NCBI GenBank assembly: GCA_963825525.1
Contig: CAWGTN010000002.1
Coordinates: forward strand, 1,344,001-1,408,000
Source: an uncultured Chloroflexia bacterium
GTDB lineage: Bacteria > Chloroflexota > Limnocylindria > QHBO01
Direction: 5' to 3'
DNA: 64,000 bases
Of the stretch, positions 52,804 through 63,601 are shown piece after piece (the first letter of the stretch is position 1; each line of letters begins with the position of its first letter). The notes beneath the pieces were generated by a model that saw nothing but the letters and a program-made list of their open reading frames with translations, was not told the DNA's origin and did not search any database. The position numbers and the translations under genes were made by a program.

Positions 52804-54290
52804 TTGGCCGAGACTCAGCGATCCGTGCTTGTCGTCGACGATGACGCCGATATCCGCAAGCTGCTCGAGGACCTCCTGACCGAGGAGGGTTACGCGGTCC
52901 GCCTGGCACCCGACCGGCGCCGAGGCGGCCGAACAGATCACCGCGGACCTCCCGGACCTCGTGCTGATGGACGTCAAGCTCCCCGACCAGGACGGCATCA
53001 CCCTGCTTCGGCAGCTGAAGCGCGAGCACAGCGAGCTCGAGGTCATCGTGATGACCGCGTTCGGCGGCAGCTCGAGCGCCATCAAGGCCATGGAGCACGG
53101 GCGCGTATGACTACGTCACGAAGCCCTTCGAGATCGACGACCTGCTGGCCACCTTCAAGCGCGTGTTCGAGCACGCCGACATGAGCAACGAGGTCAGCGC
53201 CCTTCGCCTCGAGCTCGGCAAGCGCGAAGCCGAGCGCGAGCGGATCGTCGGCAGCAGCAAGCCGATGCTCGAGGTCTTCAAGCTCATCGGCAAGGTGGCC
53301 CCGTCGGACGCAACCGTCCTGATCACCGGGGAGTCGGGCACCGGCAAGGAGCTCATCGCCGAGGCGCTGCATCGGGCCAGCAAGCGCAACCCGCATCCGC
53401 TCGTCAAGGTGAGCTGCGCCGCGCTGCCGGAGTCGCTGCTGGAGACCGAGCTGTTCGGCCACGAGAAGGGCTCGTTCACCGGCGCCATGACCATGCGCAA
53501 GGGCCGATTCGAGAGCGCCAACAAGGGCACGATCTTCCTCGACGAGATCGGCGAGATGACGCTGGGCACCCAGACCAAGCTGCTGCGCATCCTCCAGGAG
53601 CGCGAGTTCGAGCGCATCGGCTCCAACACGCCGATCAAGATCGACATTCGCGTCATCACGGCCACGAACCGCAACCTCGCCGATGAGGTCAAGAACGGCA
53701 AGTTCCGCGAGGACCTCTACTACCGGCTGAACGTCATCCACATCCACATGCCGCCGCTGCGCGAGCGCAAGGACGACATTCCGCTGCTGGTCGAGCACTT
53801 CCTGGTGAAGTTCCGTCACGCGGCGGGTGCCATCCCCACGGCCATCAGCGAGGAGGCGCTCGAGCGGCTGGTCGACCACGACTGGCCCGGCAACGTGCGC
53901 GAGCTCGAGAACGCGATCGAGCGGGCCGTGGTGCTGTCGCGGGGCAACCCGATCACGGTTGAGCACCTGCCGTTCAGCGAGGATCGCGGGGCCCCGGAGC
54001 GTGCCACGTTCGCGGAACGGCGAACCAAGCTCGAGGGTGACGAGGCCGCGCTCTCCGGTCGGCGCGACGCCCTCGACGCGGACGAGGCCGACGCCGATGC
54101 GCGGGACGCCGCCGACACCGAATCGAACGGCGATGGTGCGTTCAAGGCGCAGGTGTCGGCGCTCGAGCGACAGCTGATCAAGGAGGCCCTGGATCGGGCC
54201 GGCGGGAACCGCTCGAAGGCCGCCGAAGACCTCGGGATCTATCGGCGCCTCCTGTACGCCAAGATCAAGGAATACGGGCTGGGCGAGTAG
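52804..54290 (+). CDS. Sigma-54-dependent NtrC-family response regulator (frameshifts near 52920 and 53100)
   Basis: Receiver VLVVDDD / DVKLP / KPF; GESGTGKE, GSFTGA, FLDEI, FREDLYYRL, WPGNVREL, Fis-type HTH. Confidence 0.9.
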
Positions 54291-54344
54291 TAGTCCGGCG
54301 TTTTCGGGCTCGGGTCCGGGGCTCGGGTCCGGGGTCGGGGCTCG

Positions 54345-54530
54345 GCGTCTTCGATATATCGCGGGAAATGCACAGGAACGGTCCGCCGCCGCGCCGTTCC
54401 CTCGATACTTCGAGCGCCTCAACGCTGGAAGGGCTCGCGGGCGCGCACTTTACGCTCCGCAGCACTCGATAGATCGCGGGTTCCGCCCTCGAACACGCCG
54501 CCAAGTGACAATCCCGCGATCTATCGAGCT
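54345..54530. repeat. Four-palindrome repeat unit (51/64/50)
   Basis: Cores at 54352, 54403, 54467, 54517. Confidence 0.8.
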
Positions 54531-54582
54531 GAGCGGAACCTGGTAAGCGGCCGAAAATTGGCGCCCGCCACACTTCCAAGGC

Positions 54583-55284
54583 ATGAGATCCCGTAGCAGC
54601 CGACGAAGAGCGCGCGTGCAGAGCGAACGCATCGGCGCAGAGATCACGCTCGCGCGGACGACGTTGGCGATGTCGGCGGAGCGGGTTGCCGCGAGAGCCG
54701 GCGTATCGTCGTCGACGGTGTGGCGGATCGAGCGCGGAGAACCGGGCCTGACGCTCACCTCCATTTCCGCCGTGGCCGAGGCCGTCGGACTCGACCTCGT
54801 GCTCCGGGTGTACCCCGGAACCCCGCCTTCACTGAGGGACACGGGACAGCTCGAGCTCGCTGAGCTCATCGTCACCCGCGCCGCGCCGACTTGGCAGCCG
54901 ACGATCGAGCTGCTGGTCGGTCAGCACGGTGAGTCCATCGACCTTGCGCTGTTCGGCTCACTCGAGGTTTGGGCCGTGGAGATCGAGCGCATGGCAACGG
55001 ACTTCCAGGCTCAGTATCGAAGGGCCGATCAGAAGCGAACGACGTTGGCGGCGGGGCATCAGCGCCAGACGCGTCTCGTGATGGTGGTCGAGGACTCGCG
55101 TCAGAATCGGCGGGTGATGGGAGCGCACCGGGATCTGATCGGACGAGCGCTTCCGGCGGGCTCGCGCGAGATCTTCCAGGCACTGGAACGCGGCGTGCCG
55201 CTGGGCCGCGACGGGCTGCTGTGGGTTCGCCGGCCTCGCAGGCCTCGCAGGGCTGGGCCAATCCCAGCGGGGTCTACTCGATAG
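54583..55284 (+). CDS. XRE-type HTH + restriction-endonuclease-like domain protein (paralog B)
   Basis: Shares LRD[ST]GQL, DFQAQYRR..QKR, RLVM.VED.R.NR and DGLLW with paralog A. Confidence 0.78.
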   Translation: MRSRSSRRRARVQSERIGAEITLARTTLAMSAERVAARAGVSSSTVWRIERGEPGLTLTSISAVAEAVGLDLVLRVYPGTPPSLRDTGQLELAELIVTRAAPTWQPTIELLVGQHGESIDLALFGSLEVWAVEIERMATDFQAQYRRADQKRTTLAAGHQRQTRLVMVVEDSRQNRRVMGAHRDLIGRALPAGSREIFQALERGVPLGRDGLLWVRRPRRPRRAGPIPAGSTR

Positions 55285-55458
55285 ATCGAGTGCAAGTGCA
55301 CGTGAGGGCCCGTCTGAGTGCCGTTCCCGCGATATATCGACTGTCGCTACGCTTAAGCCGCACTCGGACGGGCGCTGCACGCTCCCAGCCCTCCGATATA
55401 TCGAAGGAACGCCGCGCGGATCGGCCTCTATGGGAACTGCCCGCGATTTATCGAGAGA
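55274..55458. repeat. Four-palindrome repeat unit (51/64/50)
   Basis: Cores at 55279, 55330, 55394, 55444; the first core contains the stop codon of paralog B. Confidence 0.8.
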
Positions 55459-55480
55459 ATCGGGCCCAGCACAGCCCCGG

Positions 55481-55496
55481 TGGTATCCTTCTTGCC
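55481..55496 (+). promoter_or_regulatory. Sigma-54-like -24/-12 promoter
   Basis: TGGTATCCTTCTTGCC upstream of a YtxH-like gene. Confidence 0.55.
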
Positions 55497-55539
55497 ACTC
55501 CAACAGGCACGAAACACCACGAAGGGCGGAAATTTCCCC

Positions 55540-55848
55540 ATGTTCAGCCGCGTTCGAATCGCGATCAGATTCTTCTTCGTCGGGCTGGCCGTCGGAGTGC
55601 TCCTGGCCCCCCGCAGCGGCGAGGCAACTCGCCGAATGGTGCGTGAGAAGGCCGACCGCATCCTCAACGACGTCCTGGATGCTGCCTCGCTCGGCACCGT
55701 CGACACCGGAGGCGAGGGTATCGACGAAGAGGCCGATGCACCACGCCGCGCCACGCGCTCCGCGAACGGTGGCCGCACCAAGAGCCGTGCCGCCAGCACC
55801 AGCGCGAGCACCGGCGCAGGCACGAGCACCAGCGCCCCGGCGAGCTGA
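55540..55848 (+). CDS. YtxH-like small protein
   Basis: FFVGLAVGVLLAPRSGEATR motif. Confidence 0.8.
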   Translation: MFSRVRIAIRFFFVGLAVGVLLAPRSGEATRRMVREKADRILNDVLDAASLGTVDTGGEGIDEEADAPRRATRSANGGRTKSRAASTSASTGAGTSTSAPAS

Positions 55849-55876
55849 GCCACCAACCTCAGACGTGATCTGACCG

Positions 55877-56568
55877 ATGCGCTGGCCGCGTTCCCCGCGG
55901 CCTCGCAATTCGGAGGAACGTGCCGCCCGCGATCGGGAGCGGATGGTGTCGGATCAGCTCGTGGCGCCGCGGGATCACCGACCCGGAGGTGCTTGCCGCC
56001 TTCGAGCGGGTTGAGCGCCATCGGTTCGTGGACGACGGCGACCCCTACGGGGACCACGCCCTTCCGCTCGGCTCCGGCCAGACCATCTCCCAGCCGTACG
56101 TCGTCGCGCTGATGACCGCCGCGGCACGACCCGCAACGGGTTGGGCCGATGCCCCGGTCCTCGAGATCGGGACCGGCTCCGGGTACCAGGCGGCCATCCT
56201 GGCGCGAGCTCGGGGCCAGGGTCGTCAGCATCGAGCGTCACGCGGACCTGGCGGACTCGGCGCGCCGGCACCTGGCGGAGACGGGCCACGGCGAACGTGT
56301 CGCGGTCATGGTCGGTGACGGCAGCCAGGGATGGGTGACGGGCGCGCCGTATCGGGCCATTTTGGTCACCGCCGGTGGCCCTGCGGTGCCACCGCCACTG
56401 CTCGAGCAGCTTGATGAGATGGGCGGGCGGCTCGTCATGCCCGTCGGCGACCGCGAGCACCAGGTGCTGACGCTGGTCGAGCGGAACGGCGAGGAGTTCA
56501 CGACCCGAGACCTTGGCGCGGTCGTGTTCGTCCCCCTCATCGGCGAGCATGGTCACTCGGCGAGATAG
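55877..56568 (+). CDS. pcm: Protein-L-isoaspartate O-methyltransferase (two frameshifts)
   Basis: [45 protein letters not shown] across three frames. Confidence 0.88.
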
Positions 56569-56583
56569 CGGTCGTGTGGTTAC

Positions 56584-56599
56584 TGGCACACGGCGTGCA
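56584..56599 (+). promoter_or_regulatory. Sigma-54-like -24/-12 promoter
   Basis: TGGCACACGGCGTGCA upstream of a YggT-like gene. Confidence 0.6.
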
Positions 56600-56637
56600 T
56601 CGGTTAGCGTGAACGCCCAACTCCCTTCCAGGAGAAC

Positions 56638-57165
56638 GTGACCGTGACCTACGACAATCGCAACGATCCGCGCGACCCCGTGGACCCGGCTGATCCGGTG
56701 AATCCGGTGGACAGCGAGACCCGCGTGGTCGAGCGCCAGACCTACGTCGAGCGCGAGCGGCCGGTGGCCGAGCCCGTCGCCGCACAGCCGGCCGCCGCAC
56801 AGCCGGCCGGCAGCCAGGTGAACGTGAACTCCGGCCAGCCGACGTACGTGGAGCCCGTGAGCGGCGGACCGCTGTACTACGTTCGCCGCGTGCTCTCGCT
56901 GCTGTTCGGGATCCTGGCCGTCCTGCTCGGCCTGCGGATCCTGATGCTGCTCCTGGTTGCGAACCAGCAGAACAGCATCGTTGACTTCGTCTACGGCGTC
57001 ACCGAGCCGTTCGTCGCGCCGTTCCGCGGCATCTTCCAGTTCAACGAGGTTCGGGCCGGGGACGCAACGCTCGACGTCGCAGCACTCGTCGCGCTGATCG
57101 GATGGCTGCTCGTCTACCTGCTGCTCATGGCGATCCTGCGGCTGGGAGATCGCGACCGGGTCTAG
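56638..57165 (+). CDS. YggT family membrane protein
   Basis: LR..L.L..AN...FVY..TEPFVAPF.GIF; AGGAG RBS. Confidence 0.8.
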   Translation: MTVTYDNRNDPRDPVDPADPVNPVDSETRVVERQTYVERERPVAEPVAAQPAAAQPAGSQVNVNSGQPTYVEPVSGGPLYYVRRVLSLLFGILAVLLGLRILMLLLVANQQNSIVDFVYGVTEPFVAPFRGIFQFNEVRAGDATLDVAALVALIGWLLVYLLLMAILRLGDRDRV

Positions 57166-57173
57166 GACCGGGT

Positions 57174-58466
57174 CTAGAGCGGGGGCAGCTCCAGCGCGCC
57201 GCGCTGCGAGGGCCGCTGGGCGCCTACCTCGGCGGCTCGCCCGGAGCCGATGACCCCGGCCCTCGCCAGCTCCTCGTCGTAGACGGCCTGGATCCGCCGG
57301 ACCTGGGCATCGATGCTGAACCGCCCGGCCACGGTGGCATACCCCGCGCGGCCGATCCGCTCGCGCAGCGCCGGGTCGGCCAGCAACCGGCCGATGGCCG
57401 CGGCCAACGCGTCAGGATCCGAGGGCGGGACCAGCAGGCCGTCGACGCCATCGGTGATGACCTCCGGGATGCCGCCGACCGCGGAGGCCACCACCGGGCG
57501 GCATCGGGCCATGGCCTCGAGGATCGAGATGCCCTGGGCCTCGCGCAGGGACGGAATGACGGCCACGGTGAGATCCCCGGTGAGCGAGGCGATGTCCTCG
57601 CGTCGCCCGGTGAAGACGATCCGCCCCGCGACCGCGGGGCCCGAGAGCAGCGGCTCGCTCGCGCAGCGCATCGGCCTCCGAGCCCTCGCCGACGATGGCA
57701 AGCCAGGCATCGGGCGCCGCGCGAAGGATGGCCGGCATGGCGTCCACCAGGTGACGCTGCCCCTTCTCCGGCTCGAGCCGGGCGACGACGCCGACCAGCG
57801 GCGCGTCGGCCGGAATGCCGAACTCGTCACGGATCCCGCACGGCGCCGGCGCCACCGCGAAGCGCGAGAGGTCCACGCCGTTCGGAATCACCGAGAACGC
57901 GCGCCCCGACCCGCCCCTCGGCCCGGACCTTGCGCCCGATCGAGTCCGACGGGACGATCAGCCGATCCATCCGCGGCGTCAGCTGCGCGAGCAGCTCGGT
58001 ATCGGCCGCCGATCGCACCCGGGACGAATGGACGGTGGCCATGATGACCGGCGTGCCGGCCGCGACGGCCGCCTGCGTCCCGATGACCTCGGCGCGATAC
58101 ATGTGGGCGTGAACGAGGTCGACCTCGTGCCGTTTCATCCAGGCGGCAAGCTCGGGGACTGCACGTCCGTCATCGGGTTCGTAGAGGATGTCGACCGCGA
58201 CGCCCAGGCGCCCGGAGCCGCTGCACGGCCGAGCCGGCGGAGAGCGAGAGCGCGCGAACGTCGTAGCGCGAACGGTCCAGCCGCAGGAGCAGGCCGGTGT
58301 ACGACTCCTGCGCGCCGCCGTTGCCGCCGGTGGCCAGCAGCTGGAGGATCCGTGGTCGCGGATGGCTCTTTGACCGATGAATGCGACGGTGCCTGGTGTA
58401 CGTCGCCCCGGCGATGGCGCCCTCGTGATCGGGCGATCCTGCCCGCGTGGGGCGCTTGCTGTTCAC
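57174..58466 (-). CDS. GT4 family glycosyltransferase (several frameshifts)
   Basis: GGAQ, DLVHAH, NGVD, VARLEPEKG, PS.RE..G...LEAMA, GGIPEV across frames. Confidence 0.82.
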
Positions 58467-58553
58467 CGCTCGATCGTACGGACGGCCGCTCTGCCCGTCA
58501 AAGCGCTCCCCCGCGGCAGTACCAATGACTCATGGCCGCCGAGCGGGCAAGCG

Positions 58554-58952
58554 ATGTTCACTTCGCTCATGCGGTGGATCAGCGATGGCGCACCGATCGA
58601 GCGAATGATCGAGCGCTCAAGCCGATTGACGGGGGACGAGCTCCGCGCGCTCGCCGAGCGCTACGACGACCAGCTCAGCCACTCGCTGCGTGCCCCGGTC
58701 GCCGCGGATCTCAGCTTCGGCATGGCGTGGGACATGCTGCCGCCGCAGGTCCATGGCCTGTGCGACGTCGTGGCCGATGCGGCCCGCCGGGCCGGACTGC
58801 CGCCCCCGGTGGCGATGCGGGCCTGGCAGGCCATCGCCGATGCCATGACCGCGCGCCTCTTCCCCGACCTGCCCGCGCCGTCGATCGAGGCGCTCGACCG
58901 GCCGTGGCACGAAGTCGCGGACGCTCAGTCGGCCTGGTGCCAGGTGTCGTAG
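58554..58952 (+). CDS. Hypothetical protein
   Basis: 132-aa ORF with GC3-rich codons. Confidence 0.5.
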   Translation: MFTSLMRWISDGAPIERMIERSSRLTGDELRALAERYDDQLSHSLRAPVAADLSFGMAWDMLPPQVHGLCDVVADAARRAGLPPPVAMRAWQAIADAMTARLFPDLPAPSIEALDRPWHEVADAQSAWCQVS

Positions 58953-59722
58953 GCCTCGCCGACGACCGTATCGAAGCGCAGGCCCATCAGCACGATCCCG
59001 GCGAACCCCGCTTCGCGAGCACGCACCGCTGCCGCCTTCGCCGCCCGCCAGCCTTCCGCGCGTGCCTCCTTTTCGCCCAGGCCGTGAAGCCGTCGGCGCA
59101 GGTCGTCGGTGATCGGGATGGCGCCGACGGACTCCAGCCGCCGCACCCAGCGCTCGGTGAACGGCGGGGTGATCTCGAGGTAGACCGGCGGGTCCTCCGG
59201 CCGCAGCTCGAGCCGATCCGCCACTTCCTGCACGGTGTCCGGGTCCATGACCGGACCGGTGGTCAGGAACTGGGCACCAACGTCAACCCGGCGGCGGAAC
59301 ATCCATCGGCGTGATCGGGTGCTCATCCCGACCTCGAACTCGACCGGCGAGACCGACGGCTGGAGCTTGCGCAGGTACTCGACGATCTCGTAGCTGTTGC
59401 TCCAGTGCTCGACCTCGGGAAGCATGTCGCCCTGCACGACCAGGAACGAGGTCACGCCGTTCGCGATGGCGCCGCGCACCTCCGACTCGATGGCCAGGAT
59501 GTTCCGATCGCGGGTCGAGCACACGACGGTGGGCCGAACCGCCGGGACGTCATGGGTGATTCGGGCGGCAAACGAGTACGGCGAGACGCGGACCTGCTTG
59601 AACGGGTTGTCGGTGATCAGCACGTCACGCCACCGACCCCGCAGCTGGAGATGGGTCATGCTCGGGAGGCGAGGCGGGTTCACCTCCACCATCTCCACCC
59701 AGTCGCGCCCCTCGGACAGCAT
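58925..59722 (-). CDS. Methylenetetrahydrofolate reductase-like protein
   Basis: E.NPP, ITDNP, TRDRN, GD, GAQF; translationally coupled to metE. Confidence 0.75.
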   Translation of the reverse strand: MLSEGRDWVEMVEVNPPRLPSMTHLQLRGRWRDVLITDNPFKQVRVSPYSFAARITHDVPAVRPTVVCSTRDRNILAIESEVRGAIANGVTSFLVVQGDMLPEVEHWSNSYEIVEYLRKLQPSVSPVEFEVGMSTRSRRWMFRRRVDVGAQFLTTGPVMDPDTVQEVADRLELRPEDPPVYLEITPPFTERWVRRLESVGAIPITDDLRRRLHGLGEKEARAEGWRAAKAAAVRAREAGFAGIVLMGLRFDTVVGEAYDTWHQAD

Positions 59723-61899
59723 CAGTGAGCTGCGCGAAGCTCGCGCGCGGCCGACACCATGTCACCCAGCTGCTGCTCGATCTCGTCCCAGCGACGGGTC
59801 TTGAGCCCGCAGTCGGGATTCACCCACAGATCGGTCGTGTCCATGAACTCGCGGAAGTGGTGGAGCCGATCCGTCATGACCTCTCGACCCGGCGTATGCG
59901 GCGAATGGACGTCGAAGACGCCGGGGCCGATCTGGAGGTGGCCATCGGTGAAGAGGCCGTAGAACTGGCGGATGTAGCTGTCGTCCTTCGAGCGGCTGAA
60001 CTCGACCGATGCCACGTCCACGCCGGCGTCCGACCACAGCGGCACGATATCGCCGAAGTCTCCGTAGCACATGTGCGTGTGCATCTGGACGTTGGCCGGC
60101 TGGTTGAACACGTGGTTGAGCGAGGCTCGCACGCCGCGGGCGTAGACCTCGCGGAGTCGCGGGGCATCCTCGGTGGGAAGCGGCCAACGCTCGCGGACCG
60201 CGGGCTCGTCAACCTGGATCACCCGCGCGCCGGCAGCCACCAGATGGCCGACCTCTTCGGCAATGGGGTGCCCGACCGCCCAGAAGAGCCGATCATCCGG
60301 CACGCCCGGAGGTCGGAAGCTCCAGTTCACGATGGTGACCGGGCCGGTGAGCATGCCCTTGACCGGCTTGTCCGTTGCGTCCTGGGCGACGCGCCACTCG
60401 TCGACGGTCATCGGCGCCGAGATGGACGGCGGCGCGGCCAGGATCGGGGCCCGGACGCAGCGCGACCCGTACGAGAGCACCCAGCCGTTGTGGGTGGTGT
60501 GGAAGCCGTCCATCTGCTCCGCGAAGTACTCGACCATGTCGGTGCGCTCGAACTCGCCGTGGACCAGGACGTCCAGGCCCATGCGCTCCTGCCACGCGAC
60601 CGAGTCGGTGATGAGGCGCGACATGGCGGCGTTGTACCCGTCACGGTCGAGCTCGCCGCGACCAAGGCTGACCCGCAGCTGGCGGACCTCGGTGGTCTGG
60701 GGAAGCGATCCGGTGGTCGTGGTCGGATAGGGCGGCAGGTTGAGATCGGCCTGTGCCTGCCGTCGATCGTCACGCGACGACCGCGTTGCCAGCGACCCGA
60801 CCTCGGGCCACTCGACGGGCGGCGGCTGCGGAACCTGAGGAGCCGTACCGTCCGCCAGCGCCGCCGGCCATGCCGCAAGGGCGCGTGCCTTCTCGCGGGC
60901 GAACTGGAACCCGGCGGGGAGATCCTCGCCCTCCACGGTGACGGGCAGGAACATCAGGCTGGTGGATGGGACGAGATGCATCAGGCGACCGTCATCCGCC
61001 CCGTCGAGCGCGGCACGGGCGTTGTCGAAGTCATCCGGCCACACGCTGCGGCCATCCATGACGGCCACGACATGCTCCGGCTGCGCGTCCCAGGCGGCCG
61101 TCCCACGCAGCGACGCGACCGCCGAGACCGGCACCTGGACCGCCAGGCCGGCGCGGCCCAGCGCCTCGACCGTCTCCGGTGAGGCCTGGCCGAACTGCAC
61201 GGTCACGATCGGTGCGGCGGCGAGGTTGAGAAGCTCGCCGGCGGTGGCATAGGCGGCGTTGCGCAGGGCGATATCGGCGGCGTCCATGACCATGCCCAGG
61301 CACGGCTCGTCCAGCTGGAGGCGGAACGACGGATCATCGGCGGCGTGATCGCGTACCCAGGTCCAGATCGCCTCGCCAGCGGCACGGGCGAGGTCCTCGG
61401 CGTCAAGCGCCGCGTCGATCTTGCTGAGCTTGATGAGCGAGTACGGGCCCAGGATGGCCCACGTGGTGTCGGCGTCGCCGGTGGGCTCGCGCCACGGCAG
61501 CGGGCGGAGGGTGGCGATCGGGCGCTCGATCTCCGGCACGACGTAGTGGTAGTTCGTGTCGAACCACTTCGTCATCTCCCAGGCCTCGCGGTCGGGCGTG
61601 CCGCGGGCCAGGTCGGTGAGCACGTCAAAGGCGTCGGCATCCAGGCGGGCGGCCTCGTTCTCGGGAGCGATCCCGAGCATCAGCGCGGTCTCGAGGACCT
61701 CGTCATAGAGGAAGTAGTCGTCAACCGCGGAGCCGATGGCGTCGCGCTGCTCGTCGAGGTGCGCCTGCCGCAGCTCGGTGATGCGGGCGGAGAATGCATC
61801 GGCATCCATGCGTCCCGACCACGCACGCTCCAGCGTGCGCTTGAGCTCGCGATTGGGACCGATGCGTGGGTAGCCGGTGAGCCGGGCGTCAATATTCAT
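59722..61899 (-). CDS. metE: Cobalamin-independent methionine synthase
   Basis: GYPRIG..RELK, MTKWFDTNYHY, HGEFER.DMV, KGMLTGP, HTHMCY, WVNPDCGLKTR. Confidence 0.96.
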   Translation of the reverse strand: MNIDARLTGYPRIGPNRELKRTLERAWSGRMDADAFSARITELRQAHLDEQRDAIGSAVDDYFLYDEVLETALMLGIAPENEAARLDADAFDVLTDLARGTPDREAWEMTKWFDTNYHYVVPEIERPIATLRPLPWREPTGDADTTWAILGPYSLIKLSKIDAALDAEDLARAAGEAIWTWVRDHAADDPSFRLQLDEPCLGMVMDAADIALRNAAYATAGELLNLAAAPIVTVQFGQASPETVEALGRAGLAVQVPVSAVASLRGTAAWDAQPEHVVAVMDGRSVWPDDFDNARAALDGADDGRLMHLVPSTSLMFLPVTVEGEDLPAGFQFAREKARALAAWPAALADGTAPQVPQPPPVEWPEVGSLATRSSRDDRRQAQADLNLPPYPTTTTGSLPQTTEVRQLRVSLGRGELDRDGYNAAMSRLITDSVAWQERMGLDVLVHGEFERTDMVEYFAEQMDGFHTTHNGWVLSYGSRCVRAPILAAPPSISAPMTVDEWRVAQDATDKPVKGMLTGPVTIVNWSFRPPGVPDDRLFWAVGHPIAEEVGHLVAAGARVIQVDEPAVRERWPLPTEDAPRLREVYARGVRASLNHVFNQPANVQMHTHMCYGDFGDIVPLWSDAGVDVASVEFSRSKDDSYIRQFYGLFTDGHLQIGPGVFDVHSPHTPGREVMTDRLHHFREFMDTTDLWVNPDCGLKTRRWDEIEQQLGDMVSAARELRAAH

Positions 61900-61969
61900 G
61901 GGCGCACATCATGAAGGGAACGGACGAATCGAGCCACCCCCCTCGTGGCAGAGCTCGACAAGGACGATC

Positions 61970-63299
61970 ATGAAGATCGAATGGGTCAATCACGCCTCGT
62001 TCATCGTCGAGCACGACGGCGTGAGGATGATCAGCGATCCGTGGCTGGAGGGCCTGGCGTTCGACCACGGGTGGGCCCACCTGGTCCCGACGGCGATGCG
62101 CTACGACGACTTCGCCACGATCACCCACATCTGGATCTCGCACGAGCATCCGGATCACTTCGCGCCGCGCAACCTGCTGGCCATCCCGGAGGAGCATCGG
62201 CGTCGGATCACGCTCATGTTCCACGAAGGGGTGGACTTCCGCATCGGCGCCTTCTGCCGTAACGCGGGCTTCGGGAAGGTCCTCCAGCTGCGCTCGGGCA
62301 GATGGGAGCAGCTGGCGGGTGACCTGCGGGTGAAGTGCGCGGACCAGGGAGGCGACACCTGGATGGCCGTGCGATCGCGCGACACGACCCTCCTCAACCT
62401 CAACGATGCGATCTTCGCGTACCGATGGCGGATCCAGGCGCTGCGGCGCAAGGTCGGCGCACCCATCGACGTGCTCCTCTCGCAGTTCAGCTATGCGAAC
62501 TGGGTTGGCAACCCGGATGAGCCGATGCGCCACCGGGCGGAGGCGACCGAGATGCTGCGCCGCCTGCGGACCCAGATGGAGGTCCTGCGGCCGCGCTACG
62601 CCATCCCGTTCGCGAGCATGGTTCGCTTCTGCCATGCCGAGAACGCGTACCTCAACGAGGCGATGAACCGGGTCGAGACGGCGAGCGAGGCAATCGCGGC
62701 CACCGGGACCACACCTGTCGTGCTCTACCCCGGCGAGACCTGGGAGGTCGGTGCGCCGCACGACAGCGAGGCCTCGATCGCCCGCTACCGGCCGCATTAC
62801 GAGGCGGTAGCCGAGCAGGAGCTGGTCGAGTCGCCGTCGGTGCCGATCGAGGAGCTGCAGCGACTGGCCCAGCGGTTCTGGCGAATCATCCGGCGCCGCA
62901 ATCCCTCGTGGACGTTGTGGCTCGCGGCCAAGGCCGGGCGACTGGAGCCGACGCGAGATCTGGCTCTGGGATCACGATCGCGCGGTGGAGCTGTCGCCGG
63001 ACGGCACGCTCACGGAGGTGGGAATCGGCGAGGAGGCGAGCGACATCGCCATGGGATCGGGTTCGCTCGCCTACCAGCTCCGCTACCTGTGGGGCGGCTC
63101 CACGGTCCAGGTCAACGGCCGATACCGGGTGCCCCCGGGCGGGAGCCATGCCCGATGGCTGCGGCTCGTGAACCTCGCCACCCTCAACAATCGGGGCTGG
63201 ACACTCATGCGCTACGCGTGGGGAGCCGCCGGCCGCCAGCGCGACAAACTCGAGCGTCGCTTGGGCCGAGCATCGCGGTCGGAGCCTGCGGCGCCATAG
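61970..63299 (+). CDS. MBL-fold metallo-hydrolase (frameshift near 62955)
   Basis: NHAS, SDPW, ISHEHPDH, NLND, PFAS. Confidence 0.8.
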
Positions 63300-63363
63300 C
63301 GCGCCTCGCGGTTTGTGTCGCAGCGCACCGTGTCCGCCTTGACGGGCGGCGCATCATCGCCGC

Positions 63364-63546
63364 ATGAAGGCACTGCTCGTCCTGACCCTGGTCGTCCTCA
63401 TCATCGGCGGTGGCTTGAAGATGGCGGGCGTGCGGCTGCCCCTGATCGACTTCCCGCTCGGCGGCATAGGTGGACCGGGCACCGGACCCGGAATGCCGGA
63501 TGTCCAGATCGAGGCGCCCGGCTTCGGTGACTTCACGGCCCCGTAG
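63364..63546 (+). CDS. Small hypothetical membrane protein
   Basis: 60 aa, hydrophobic N-terminus. Confidence 0.5.
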   Translation: MKALLVLTLVVLIIGGGLKMAGVRLPLIDFPLGGIGGPGTGPGMPDVQIEAPGFGDFTAP

Positions 63547-63601
63547 CTGGCCGCCCGGATCTCGAGACCTCCCCCTGCGGGTCAGCGAGTGACATGCCAG
63601 G

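Noticed and set aside
54305-54345. GGGCTCGGGTCCGG short tandem repeat
   Set aside because: Low-complexity G-rich tract with no supportable function.
37012-55458. Palindrome quartets as CRISPR arrays
   Set aside because: Cores are only about 10-14 bp, degenerate, four per cluster with alternating spacing, and no cas genes are present.
57154-57177. 12-bp tandem duplication GACCGGGTCTAG between convergent genes
   Set aside because: Could be a target-site scar, but no element is present; probably local slippage.
61900-61969. SAM or cobalamin riboswitch upstream of metE
   Set aside because: The intergenic gap is only about 70 nt and lacks consensus motifs.
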